Shown: piece after piece, positions 52,593-64,000 of the stretch
How the letters are laid out: each line of letters starts with the position of its first letter
Numbering within the stretch: position 1 is the first letter of the stretch
NCBI GenBank assembly: GCA_964234715.1
Contig: OZ174279.1
DNA from: Podarcis melisellensis
Taxonomy: Eukaryota
Direction: 5' to 3' (one strand)
Length of the DNA: 64,000 nucleotides
Program-made: the position numbers and the translations under genes
Notes under the pieces: generated by a model
What the model was told of the DNA's origin: nothing
The model's input: only the letters and a program-made list of their open reading frames with translations
The model's database searches: none

Positions 52593-52615
52593 TAATCCAG
52601 TAATAATCATATACG
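52593..52615 (-). other. Candidate 23-nt microexon of unidentified host gene
   Basis: Minus strand ttttcttctccccgtgcctgtaatgtttcag|CGTATATGATTATTACTGGATTA|gtaagg. Confidence 0.3.
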
Positions 52616-53122
52616 CTGAAACATTACAGGCACGGGGAGAAGAAAATACTGCAGCTACACAGTTTGTAAATGCACAAGGGTGGGGGGAGAAAATCCAGAT
52701 ATTTCATGAAGTTTTATTGTGAACTTAAATGAAGCCTACTATTAGTAAAAGTATAAAAAAAAGGTTGTAACAAAGACACCAGAGCAATACATACAAGGCA
52801 GTGGCACTTTTCCCTGAGTCTCTACTAGCTCCATAAGAAAAAGCAAGCATTGCATTATTTAACACTATTTTAAATAACTGTCAATATGTATTCTATTTGC
52901 CTGTTTTGTGCCTCAGGTAGCACCCTGGGGAGATGTCTTTTATCACCGCATCATAAAGTTGCCCCACTAAAGCTGCCACTTTTCAGGTAAAACTCTTGCC
53001 TCTGATTCAGTGCTGAGCTTTTACTGTCAGAAGAACTTGGGCGGAACATTCCTCGCCAGGCTCCACCTCCATCTATAACATCTTTTATTTTGATGGTATT
53101 ACAAACAATGTCCGCAACTTAC

Positions 53123-53134
53123 AGAACAATACCC
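53123..53134 (-). other. Candidate 12-nt microexon of unidentified host gene
   Basis: Minus strand ctccttttttttctgccag|GGGTATTGTTCT|gtaagt; frame-preserving, no stop codon in any phase. Confidence 0.35.
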
Positions 53135-54483
53135 CTGGCAGAAAAAAAAGGAGCTTCCATCTATAACAGAGAAACGTATTTTGCGGTGGTGTCTTTTTCG
53201 TTGCTCTACTGTCGACTCCTTTCACGAGTGTCAGAATATCTGACATTTCTATGCATCTCAATTCCTTACGTTGCAATTACGGCAGGTCTTCTTTAAACTG
53301 CCCATCACAAAAGGTGAGGGGATTTACAATTACTTCAAAAGTCAGATGCACATACTTAAGAGGTTTAAAGCAAACTGAGGCAACTTTGACCAAAGTCCAT
53401 ATTTTTTAATAAAGCAGACAACGGAGAAAGTTTGCTTTATTATTGCGATCTGCCGAAAACCACATTTCCTTCCCATATGCATCCTTTTCAGAAGTAGCAG
53501 TTATGTTTCCCACACAGCTGTATTTCCTGCTACTATCAGCCCATAATGACTGCCAGCTGTTTCTCACAGAGCCAGTGGACAAAAGTCTGACCATAGAGCA
53601 CTCCAAGCATAAACCAATTTTGCAATCAGGTAGTCATTGGCTGCCAGCGAAATTAATTTCCTCTTACTATCATGAGCTGCTTGACATGATTGCAGGTATA
53701 TTCTTGGTGGGGGGAAACTTCACAGTGCGATGCTGCCTTCTCAACTAACCTAAGGAGAGAGAGATCCTGCTGCACCATGCAGTAATTATTCCACCTGCTT
53801 TCATCTCCCTGCTCACCATCCTCAAGGCAAGAGCTGCCACTGGATTTCATCTATAACAACATTTTGGGAGTGGGGAGGGAAGAATGGCAATTTCCTGCCT
53901 GGGCAAAAACGACCAAAGAATTTTGAGAAGAGCAAGATGAGGTTTGGAAATTATCAAATGCCAATTTAGGAGCACATTAATGGAGGTTTTCGGTCAAGCT
54001 GTGTTGCGGGCATGCTTGTAAATAAATACCATCTGCCTCTCGCTAAAACTGGATGTCCACTTGGGAGTCCAGGGCAGGCCAAGCTGATAAGATTGGAGCT
54101 GCCGCTAATTTCTGCCTGTGGTTAAATTCAGAGTCAAATACGGAGGTAGCAACATTTTTTAGGGAAATGACTCTGAATTAATGCAGATGGAATATATCTC
54201 ATGTAGGGATAGATGACTGAAGGAGGTTTCACTAGCCCAAAGCCTTCACTTAGTAAGGTTTTAGGAGATGAGTTGGACTTCTGTAGGAACATAGTACTGA
54301 GGAAATCAGATGCTAACTAACCATGGCGTTTACATACCCACTTCTTTAACCAGTCAAGTGTTTCCCACAACTACTGTGGGAAATGTTGCCCCTGGCCCCT
54401 TTGTCCAGATTTCTGATCAAGTGATAAGTGTTATAATATTTCCTCCATTACCTGGCAGGTTCATACAGACAACCACTTTTACT

Positions 54484-54734
54484 GAGAGCCAGTGTGGTGT
54501 GGTGGTTAAGAGCGGTAGTCTCGTAATCTGGGGAACCGGGTTCGTGTCTCCGCTCCTCCACATGCAGCTGCTGGGTGACCTTGGGCCAGTCACACTTCTT
54601 TGAAGTCTCTCAGCCCCACTCACCTCACAGAGTGTTTGTTGTGGGGGAGGAAGGGAAAGGAGAATGTTAGCCGCTTTGAGACTCCTTAAAGGAAGTGAAA
54701 GGCAGGGTATGAAATCCAAACTCCTCTTCTTCTT
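54484..54734 (+). mobile_element. Squam3-like tRNA-derived SINE, full length
   Basis: A-box-like gtggtgtggtggtt, B-box-like ggttcgtgtc, CORE-like gggtgaccttgggccagtcac, (CTT)n tail. Confidence 0.85.
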
Positions 54735-54761
54735 ACTGTGTGGTAATATTCACACAGTGAA

Positions 54762-54905
54762 GGAGGCTGTGGCTCAATAGCAGAGCATTTTCCTTGCAAG
54801 CAGAAGGTCACAGGTTTCTCACAGAAACTTCAGGTTGGACTGCAATGACCTCTGTCTGAAAGGCTGGAGAGCTGGTGTCAGTCAATGTAGGGGACACTGT
54901 GCTGC
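54762..54905 (+). mobile_element. Decayed Squam2-like tRNA-derived SINE
   Basis: ggctgtggctcaatagcagagcat...gcagaaggtcacaggtt head, then tgtctgaaaggctggagagctggtgtcagtcaatgtag body. Confidence 0.65.
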
Positions 54906-55423
54906 ACAATTCTTATGTACTATTTGGTAAACGGTAGCCCAAATTTCTTCATTAAAATGATTAGTTCTAATTTCCCCCCTCTGTTTCTCTACCTGCTCCC
55001 CTACTCTGGACTTGGGAGAATTTACTCCTATGTCACTTGCAAATGCTTACAATCATTTTCAACTATTACTTTTGAGTGTTTTCAGTGGGGGTTTGGAACT
55101 GGACACCTTCCTATTTTCCAACACCCCTTTACAGTATTTGTATCCTGTCCAGTGTGGTTGCTATAATGTCTGCAGTTGTTCCCAGGCCAAACCAGATATG
55201 TGAAAGGCCATGTGATTTGGCTTCCTGGCATGTTAGCAAACCATGCCAGCTATGGTCCTCTCAAAAAGGCCAGGCATTGCTTGCATGGTTTATAAAGATG
55301 TCAGGAAGTCAAAGCACTTCGAGCAGTCTTGACATGTACCTAGCCCAGCATGGAGGCAGTCATTTATACTGTAAGCAGCCCTGTGATCCTCAGATGAAGG
55401 GTGGTATATGCATTTAATAAATA

Positions 55424-55676
55424 CAGTGGTACCTCGCAAGACGAATGCCTCGTAAGATGAAAAACTCGCAAGACGAAAGAGTTTTTCATTTTTTGAGTTG
55501 CTTCGCAAGACAAATTTCCCTATGGGCTTGCTTTGCAAGACGAAAACGTCTTGCGAGTTTGTTTCCTTTTTCTTAAAACCGTTAATACTATGGGAATCTG
55601 TGCTTCGCAAGATGAAAAATTCACAAGACGAAAAAACTCGCAGAACGAATTAATTTCGTCTTGCGAGGTACCACTG
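55424..55676. mobile_element. Short Tc1/mariner-superfamily MITE sharing ends with 3275-4339 and 17244-18222
   Basis: TIR cagtggtacctcgcaagacgaa / ttcgtcttgcgaggtaccactg, TA flanks. Confidence 0.9.
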
Positions 55677-55691
55677 TAATATAATTATAAC

Positions 55692-56077
55692 CAGTGCTTT
55701 TTCTCTTAAAAACCGTTTAGGGGTACTCTCATTTTCTTACTCATACCAGTCATACCTCGGGTTACAGACGCTTCAGGTTGTGCGTTTTCGGGTTGCGCAC
55801 GGCGCTGAGCCCAGAAGTACCGAAACGGGTTCCTTCCAGGTTTTGAAGCTCGTGCATGCGCAGAAGCACAAAATGACTTCACGCGCATGCGCAGAAGTGT
55901 AACCCACGCATGCGCAGAGGCAGCACTGTGGGTTGCGAATGTGCCTCCCGCACAGATCATGTTAGCAACCCGAGCATCCACTGTATTGAAATACTGCCCC
56001 TCAATGAGGCCAAACTTAGATTCACAAAATGTTTAGGGGTATGCATACCCCTGCGTACCCCCAGAAAAAAAGTGCTG
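55692..56077. mobile_element. hAT-like MITE containing a nested Tc1/mariner MITE
   Basis: Ends cagtgctttttct / agaaaaaaagtgctg; near-TSD attataac / attataat. Confidence 0.7.
55747..55983. mobile_element. Tc1/mariner-superfamily MITE (nested)
   Basis: cagtcatacctcgggtt / aacccgagcatccactg ends, TA context, internal gcgcatgcgcagaag repeats. Confidence 0.75.
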
Positions 56078-57692
56078 ATTATAATAATTATTGGGGGAAT
56101 GGTATCTATAACAGTAAAGGAACGGTACATATGAATGGGGTCCAAGAGCATTTCCTTTGAAGGAAAGGGGAAAGGAAAAAACACAGCAGGCATTATGGTT
56201 CAAACTACCAAAGAACGAAACGAAACAAAGTGATTGCAAAACATTAGGCCTCTAAGAGAATACATGGCAGAGCAGGGTAGACCAGAAAAGAAATGTCATC
56301 CATGGAATGGTATTTTATTGGGGATTCCTGCTGTTAGGCTTATGACAACACTTTCCATTATAAAGCTAGAAGTTATAGCTAGCACAGACCTTTGTTTACC
56401 TCTATAACTGTTTTTGTTTTTTTCGCAATTCAGAACATTATTTTGCAAGGTCGTGGAACTGGGGGGGGGGGTGTGCATTATTTTTTGGTTAAAATATTTC
56501 TATTAAATGTTTTAGATTTAGTGTTCACAAAGAGGGACAGTGGTTGGTCCCTCAAGTTCCTCCCAAAGAGCATTTTAATCATTAAATCTCTGAGCCTGTT
56601 TAAATCCAGGCCAGGTTTTTGTGTGTGTGTTTTTTTAAGTGTGGGTACCATTTCTTAAAAAACTCACAGTAAGTGCATTAAATTATTGATAGCCATTAAA
56701 CAGGGGAGGGGGAGAGAATTAAACCAGCTCTCAGGTTTTATCAATCATTAATGCAGTTTCCACTGAAGCATCTCACTGGGTAGATATTGCATAGCGCAGT
56801 ACACAGAACACAAACCCAGGAGGCATGAATTTATTTTTGGCAGGAAGGGAAAGGGAAGGAAAAAAAAAACACTTGTGGGCTCAAGATACAAGAGGTGGAA
56901 TGGAAATTTTTGTTTGACGCAATTAACCCAGCCAAGAGCATATACACATGAACCTTTCAATGCAGGGCTAACAAGAGCTGAATACTCAACCACACTGAAA
57001 GTCATTTTATACGTTATGTGACAGCAAACTTCGGTCTGTCAAGATGTGCACACTCTGTATGGAGCTGCACCCAACTTTGGCTGTCTGATGAGTTTACCTG
57101 TATGACACATGTATTTGCAAACACAAGTTTTCCATATTTGGAAACAGACTTTTGGCTACCAAAAGTGGCAGAACAAATAACAAATTCACACACTTAACTG
57201 AATGAGACTTAATTTTGATAACAGTAAATTGTCAAGCTCTTTCCTTCCACCTTTCTCTCCCCCATCTCCGTAGGATAATTCATTAAGACAATGCATCCCA
57301 GACTCCATACACTTTCTGAGTTACACTAGTTAAAACTTAACTTTTGCCGTAATAATTACTCCAAACATTAACTGGTAATAGACTTTCGCTTCCACACTTG
57401 CCGAGGTAGCAATGCCAATCTCGGTAGAGCTTTCTCGTTTATGTTTACAGGTAATGAGAAAATGGGAGCAGTAGGAAGAAGCTGCAAGAGAAAGGGGGAG
57501 GGGGGAAGTAGTAGTTTGTAGTGCAGCAATAAAACTGCGAGCACATTTGCAAAGCTAAGCAGGCCAACCAGATATTCTCGGGAGGCCCACTAGTAGGACA
57601 AACCCAAACCCAGGGCTCTTCAGAACTCTGCAGGCAGCATTCTAGACAACCTCACATTGGAAGGCCCATAAAGAGGCCTAGAAGGTCTTTTG

Positions 57693-57989
57693 CAGACCCT
57701 CCAAGTGTCCCTGTTTTCCAGGGACAGTCCCAGATTTACAGAAGCCATTCCAGTTTCTGTCCCGCTTTTCCTTAGGACATCCCTATTTTCATCAGAAAAA
57801 TGTTGGAGGGTATGGAGCCAAGGAGATAAGTATCTATGTAACCTTTAGAAAACATCTGAAGACAAGCTTGAATAAGGACTTTTTAAAATGTTTAATGTTT
57901 TCTTGTGTTTTTATATATGTTGGAAGCATATATAAATGCTTCCAATGCTTTTATATATGTTGGCTGGGGCAACCTTGTCAGATGGATGA

Positions 57990-58022
<33 letters not shown>
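57693..58022 (+). mobile_element. Short inverted-repeat element fused to an L2-type 3' tail ending in (TAA)n
   Basis: cagaccctccaa / ttggagggtatg inverted ends (57693-57814), then a tail homologous to 1771-1905. Confidence 0.55.
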
Positions 58023-58023
<1 letters not shown>

Positions 58024-59349
58024 GAGGAGGGGGAGGAGGAAGAAGAAATTTCTATTTTTATTGGAGAAATGTCAGAGGATATTCTATTGGAGGACACAAA
58101 CAAGCATCAAAAGGGCAGTGTAAGGCTGCAAAGTTGTTTTTTAATGCACAACTCACAATACACACCACTCGGACACCTTGTAATTATTAAAGTAAGGAAG
58201 AATAAGATACAAACTCCCACGAATACAGATTTTTTAGGGGTTGTGTTTGGTTTTTTTAGTTGGCCTTAAAAAGATATTGTCCTAACAAGGGTGATGGAGG
58301 AAAATGAGGTCATTTTCTATTCTCTCCACAACAAAAAACTGGACCTATTTGTTTGGCAGACTTAACCCACTCCAGGGGGACTCCTGAATCTGTGGGTGTC
58401 ATCCACTTTAGCAAAATGGGAGAAGTTACAGCCACTTTTAGGTTCCCCAATATAGAGAATGGGGAGCACAAAGCTACATTTTATACAGTGGCTCAGAATC
58501 AGAAGCGCAGATGGAAGCAAGGGGAAACACAGAGTGCATCAGAAACAGATTGGATTAAACAAAACGAAACAAAAACCACAAGTATGGATAAAATGCAAAT
58601 CTTGGAGCCCATGCACTCTCTTAGCATATAGCTGTATCCCCCTAACTAGAAACATTCTGTAGAAACAATTTCAATTGCTCCCCTCAAATCTATATTTCTT
58701 ACTTCTACCTGCATTCCACCCTCCTGCTGAGTGGTTCAGAGCAGTGGTTAGCCTCTCGCCAACCCTGTGAGGTAGGCTAACAGATAACAACCACTTGCCC
58801 AAGGCCTCCATGTAAACTTCACAGTCAGGTAGGCATTTAAACACAGTCGTCTCAAAAGGAAAGCTAGATCTGAGGGTCACTACAACATTGTGCATCTGTA
58901 AATCCACATCTCTCATGGCTTCTGCATTTTCATCGGAGTTTTGTGGTTGTGGGATACTTTATTATGTAATCTGCCGTATGTTGTAAAATATAATGCTTCC
59001 TCTATCTTTCTCTGGATGCATGATGAATCGTGTTCTAAAACCTCACCAATCATCCTTCTGAACACACACCTGCCTTGTATCCAGATTGCCACAACAGCGG
59101 TGCCAGGAAGACTGGGCCTTGACAGACACTGTTGGCTATTGTTTCTCAGCCAACTGCACTTTGAACCTTTCACTGCACCTCACCATGCTATTTCATAAAG
59201 AGTATTTCTGCTACAGACTACTAGTCAGGAAGTGTGAAAATACAGAGAAACAAACGCAACATGAACACGTTACCATAACATTTGGCTGCCGTGCTCATTT
59301 TTCAACATTATGTCATTTAGGTAGTTGCAATACAAACCTGATTCCAAGA

Positions 59350-59560
59350 TCAGAAAAATTGCCTTGCGATATCAGGCCAAGGTCCATCCATCAAGCCCAA
59401 CATTCTGCCTCCAAGAGGAGCCAAGCAGATGTCTTTAGAAGAGCAGAAGCTGGGCAAGGCACCCATAGATCACCCCTCTTTATTCCCCAGTGAATTGAAT
59501 TAAGAGGTAAACTGCCCCTGCAACTGGAAGTTCCACTGTGCTATCATGTTAATAACCATT
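59350..59560 (-). mobile_element. Decayed CR1 3' end
   Basis: Degenerate similarity to 17075-17243 (atcaggccaaggtccatc...cattctg...). Confidence 0.5.
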
Positions 59561-60703
59561 TAATTCACACTGTATGAAGACACAGAGACAGATCTGAGCT
59601 TGCCACTGAATATAAATTCAACACAGATTACAGCTCCAATCATAGCTCCCTAACAAGTATACCTGTACATTATGCGGTTACAAAAATATGCTTTTCTCAT
59701 GTACATTGCTTTAATGTAAATTGCTAAGCAATGTAATGTGTGAAGGGGTCTCCAGTGCCAAATAGTTTAAAGAGGTAATTCACAACAGACAAATGACAAT
59801 CAGCAAGCCAAAATTTGCACTCAACTAGTATATAGGATGAGTCTACTTCTGGTCTCTGTCACTCTCAAATGTGTTCACGTCTAAATCCTGTTCCATTTCT
59901 TATACTATTCTGAATATGTTTCCTTTTTCGCATTTTGCTGAATTTGTACCCTGCCCTTCTTCCTTCAAGGAGGTCAAACATAGCACAAGTGGTGTTACTC
60001 CATTTGTATCTTCCCAACATCCCTGGCAGGAAAGCAAAGATGAGATGAGAGTGTGACTTGTCTGAGGCCACCAACTGCGATTCATCATTGCACAAAGATC
60101 TGAAATCTCAGCTCAACATATAATAGTAATATGAGTTTCACTTACATTATCACTGTCATCTTAACAATAGCCCTTCAAAACATGCCAATTTATCCCTATG
60201 TTGCAGGCTGAAGGGAGGACAGGTGGAGGCTCAGAGTCAGTGGCTTGTCTAAGGCCACCTATTGAGTTTGTGCTTGGGGTAAGATTTGAATGAGCCGCTT
60301 CCTGCTTTACAACCTACACATGGCACTATGCTGTTCCAGTTCTCATCCAGACCCTGCCCTCTAGCCACTACATGACTCTGTCCTAGAACGACTGCAGCTC
60401 AGACTGCCAGATTCAAGAAGAGACAAGAAGGAAAGGATCCAGCTGTGGAGAATCTCCTTCCAGCCCAGCCGCTGAAAGCACAGGAGCCTTGTCCTCTGGG
60501 GAATCCAGCTATCTTAACTGCAATTTTCAATTTTTCCCTTGCAAAGCAGTATTCCACATTATCGTGGGACAAATTTAATGAAGCTTGCAGTCGTAGCAAG
60601 TCATAACAAGGACACAAGCTTTCCCCCCACCACTACAAATAGATAAGTCCATGACACCTACTAAAAGGAAGCTCTGTTCTTGATTTCTTTTCTGAATAGA
60701 GGA

Positions 60704-60775
60704 TCATAGAATCACAGAATTGTAATGTTGGGAGGGAACCCTGAGGGTCATCCAGTCCAGCCCCCTGCAGTGGAG
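60704..60775 (-). mobile_element. CR1 3' end
   Basis: tcatagaatcacagaattgta...gagggtcatccagtccagccccctgca. Confidence 0.7.
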
Positions 60776-60870
60776 GGAAAAGATGCAGTGGCAGTTCTTG
60801 TAGCTGGACTCCATCACTCCCTTATTAGTTAAGCAGGGTGCCCTGCATGGATGCACCTAGTGCCAAAATA

Positions 60871-61100
60871 ACCAGTGTGGTGTTGTAGTTAGAGTGCTGC
60901 ACTAAGTCTTGGGAGACCAGGATTCAATCCCCACTCAACCACGAAGCCCACCTTGGGTGACCTTGGGTCACTCACTCTCAGCCGAGCCTACCTCACAGGG
61001 CTGGTGTGAGGAGAAAACGGGGAAGAGAACTATGTATGCCAACTTGAGCTTGGAGGAAAGCCGGGATAGAAGAGAAATAGATAAAGAAATAATAAATAAT
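60871..61100 (+). mobile_element. Older Squam3/MIR-like SINE
   Basis: ccagtgtggtgttgtagttagagtg head, ggattcaatcccc B-box, gggtgaccttgggtcactcact core. Confidence 0.75.
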
Positions 61101-62715
61101 GACAATAAAGCGTGTTTCGGGAGGAGGCAGGTGCTGGGCAGGGGGAGAGAAGGTTCATATTTAAAAGAACCTAAATGAGAGAGGAATAGTTTAGCTGTGT
61201 GCATGCCCAGCTGTAAGATGCTGGGGACAAATGATGGCAATTAAAGGCAGCATGCAGGCGCGAGCAGAGGACACCTAGCCTGAGAGGAAAGGGTGTGACA
61301 CCAAGCAGGGCCTCCAGATGCATTGTGGGGAGACAAAGAATGCCTGAGTGGAATGTCTGCCTCGCTCGCATTCCACTCAGTCAATGCCACAAGAGACAAA
61401 ACTGTTATTTAATGACTACCAGTTCAAGATAGCGCATATTTTTTTTAAAAAAAGGGGGGAGAAAGAGATAGTGCTGTTTTCTGAAACTGTGGACTGTGCA
61501 GTTCCACATTTCTGAACATGTGCAGAGGAACAAACGAGGTTGGCAGTGTTTCAGAATAGATGGGGAACATGGAGGATCTATGGGGGGTAATGCATTGCTT
61601 GAGAAAAATTAGACCACGGGGAGGCCAGCAGTTGTTTTGACAGCTCAATAAATCTCGAAACATGCACCTACCCATTCACAACTGCTGCAGACTTTGTGAA
61701 AGAAAGAACAGCCATAGGACTGAAGAAGACAGAATTGGGGGAAACTAACGGTGATGTAAGATAGCCTAGATGAGAGCATATAGGGCAGAAGGAATAAAGT
61801 AAAGCCATCAGAGAAAGAGAGTGAAAAATTAAAAGAGGAAGCAAGATGGAAATATTGTGAATAGGGAAGAGGAAGGTGAAAAACAAGGCACTGACAGATA
61901 GGTAAGGAATGTAAGACAGTAACCAGTATTTTTAATTTTGGGGGGCGGGGATAGAAACCAGTAATATAAAATTGTTGATATGCAATAGATTAAGCATTAA
62001 CAACACAAACTAAGTTGTAGAAATTTTAGCAGAGAGTCATTAACAATTCTATATGGTTCTCTATGAGTGTGTGTGCACACAATCATGTATTTAAAAAATA
62101 ATTTTAAAAATATTATAAAGAGTAATCGAATCAGCAAAGCAAATATACATAATGAATAGGAAAAGGGTGGGTGGGGGTTCCGGCAAAATACACAAAACAT
62201 TTATTTCATTCACTGGGCTTCATTTATTTTTACCTAGTTCCTTTCCCACTTAAAAAAAACCCTGCATGTTTCATAGGAAAGCAGATCAACTAAAGTAGTG
62301 TTTCCAAAAGTCTGATACTTATGGCACACTTTTTTCATTTATATCCCAATATGCAGTACAAACAGAATTCCCAGATGGCTTACAATTAAGATAAAACCAT
62401 AAAATGACCTGCAACCCAATAACTAAAGAAAACTCTTTAACTAATAACTAAAGAAAAAGACTGGTCACCCAGTATGCCTCTATAGTAGAGTTCCACAAGT
62501 GAATTGCCACCACCCAAACTGGAGATATCCTTCACACATACACTTGCAAACCTTTAGGGCAAAAGTAATCTGCTCACAGAAGTGTCTGCCCATTGCAAAT
62601 TTCTGCACAGTTTTCTAAACCAGCTGCATCATTCTAACTAGAAAGTGGAAAGATCAGGGCAGTGATTAGTGCACAACAACAACAACCGGCAGCTCCCTCT
62701 GTGGACAAGCCATTA

Positions 62716-62927
62716 CAGTGATACCTCAGGTTACATACGCTTCAGGTTACATACGCTTCAGGTTACAGACTCCGCTAACCCAGGATGAGAACAGAAATTG
62801 TGCTCCGGCGGCGCGGCAGCAGCAGGAGGCCTCATTAGCTAAAGTGGTGCTTTAGGTTAAGAACAGTTTCAGGTTAAGAACGGACCTCCGGAACGAATAA
62901 TTAAGTACTTAACCCGAGGTACCACTG
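62716..62927. mobile_element. Tc1/mariner-superfamily MITE family A, opposite orientation
   Basis: Reverse complement of 8592-8820 with an internal deletion; TA flanks. Confidence 0.9.
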
Positions 62928-64000
62928 TATCTGTATTTGGAGTGATTGAATAATCCAATGCCATGCAGTGTAGAGGCTAACCAGGAGGTAATACAACCAG
63001 AATAGGGGGTCATGCAGAGACAGTCGAAAGCCTCAGACTCATGGAATTTTCCTGCTTTCTTGTAGTAAGCTAGCAGTCCTTTTGTGGAATGTAATTTGGG
63101 AGTTAAAGGAACAGTCTCCGGGGTCAATCAAATTTCTTGTGAGCTTCAAAAATGCAGCTTGTCAAAAAGTGTGACAGCCTTGGAGCCAATCAAACGTTCA
63201 GCCCTTTCAGCAGCCTTGCCAAATGCGAACACCACTGTGCAGTTATTGTGACAAGCCACAGCAAGGTGAGCAAGTCGATCATCTGGATTCACTCAGCGTG
63301 TGGGGACAGGCAGGAACCCCTTCAAGTTCTCACAAACAGTACACTTGGCATTATTTTATCTGCAAACCTATTGCTCAGCAGGCAGTTTGCATCCATTCCT
63401 GCTGGGGGAGACCTGGGGGAACACCAGGGCAGGAAAGATCCACCTCATGAAGCTCTGTGAAAGACTTTGCAGAACAATATAGTGAGTCTGGAATAAATTA
63501 AGGAAACAGAAGTCCTGTAAAGAGAATTCGATAGATTGTCTCTAATATCCAATGAAGTATTATGAACTTCCCTAAACTGGGCTTCCTGACAGCCCTTAAC
63601 GGAACATAGGGAATTTCTGCATGGATAGCACACGCTCTATCAGAGCACTAAAGTCAAGGTGTACCTGCCTTTCCCTCCACAATTAAACAGCTACAGACCT
63701 GAAAAAAGTAGTGAAACTTGGAAGAACTCTGCTGAGATCTGTTCCTGTGTAAATTCAAGGCATTTGTGGCATAGAACGTTATGCTGAAATTTTAAAACTA
63801 GCAAATTATTATATAACAAATAAGCAAGAATATGAGAGTTAACAAATACCCTACAATACCGACACTATTGTTTGTCAACATTGCACTGTCAACATTGCAT
63901 GGTTTTGCTACTAAAAATGTCAACTAACAAATGGGAAGCACACCAAATTGTTCACAAATTTCCCTGAACACACATCTAAAAGAGTACAGTGGTATCTTGG

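Noticed and set aside
52593-53134. Joining the 12- and 23-nt candidates gives GIVLVYD, reminiscent of a Rab GTPase strand
   Set aside because: No other GTPase motifs or exons in the window; short coincidental match.
54484-54560. tRNA-like sequences (also other SINE heads)
   Set aside because: They continue into SINE bodies and lack a full cloverleaf; not tRNA genes.
59020-59061. ATGATGA...CTGA C/D-box-like pair (also about 51987-52026)
   Set aside because: Only about 40 nt between boxes and no terminal stem; too short for a snoRNA.
59086-59493. 135-aa ORF
   Set aside because: No recognisable domain; its 3' half overlaps a decayed CR1 tail.
63987-64000. cagtggtatcttgg after TA at the window end
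   Set aside because: Probably the start of another TcMar MITE, but only 14 nt are visible.

Overview
Eukaryotic, non-coding-dominated DNA from a squamate reptile. It is most likely a lacertid lizard, inferred from Sauria/Squam1 SINEs starting GGGACGCGGGTGGCGCTGTGG plus Squam2- and Squam3-like SINEs. No ORF in the track is recognisable as an intact host gene; the long ORFs come from GC-rich tandem repeats or decayed CR1/L2/L1 fragments. The window reads like part of a very long intron or gene desert. It is densely populated by TA-flanked Tc1/mariner-superfamily MITEs, 8-bp-TSD hAT MITEs, SINEs and LINE remnants, often nested, and has two assembly gaps. Most notable items: (i) a perfect 185-bp-arm palindromic Penelope-like insertion (4359-4785) carrying a minimal hammerhead-ribozyme core on each strand; (ii) several MITEs that carry internal tandem arrays of hairpin units; (iii) a ~5 kb zone without recognisable transposons (49.4-54.5 kb) containing a cluster of candidate minus-strand microexons of an unidentified host gene. 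All family assignments are by eye, with no database search.
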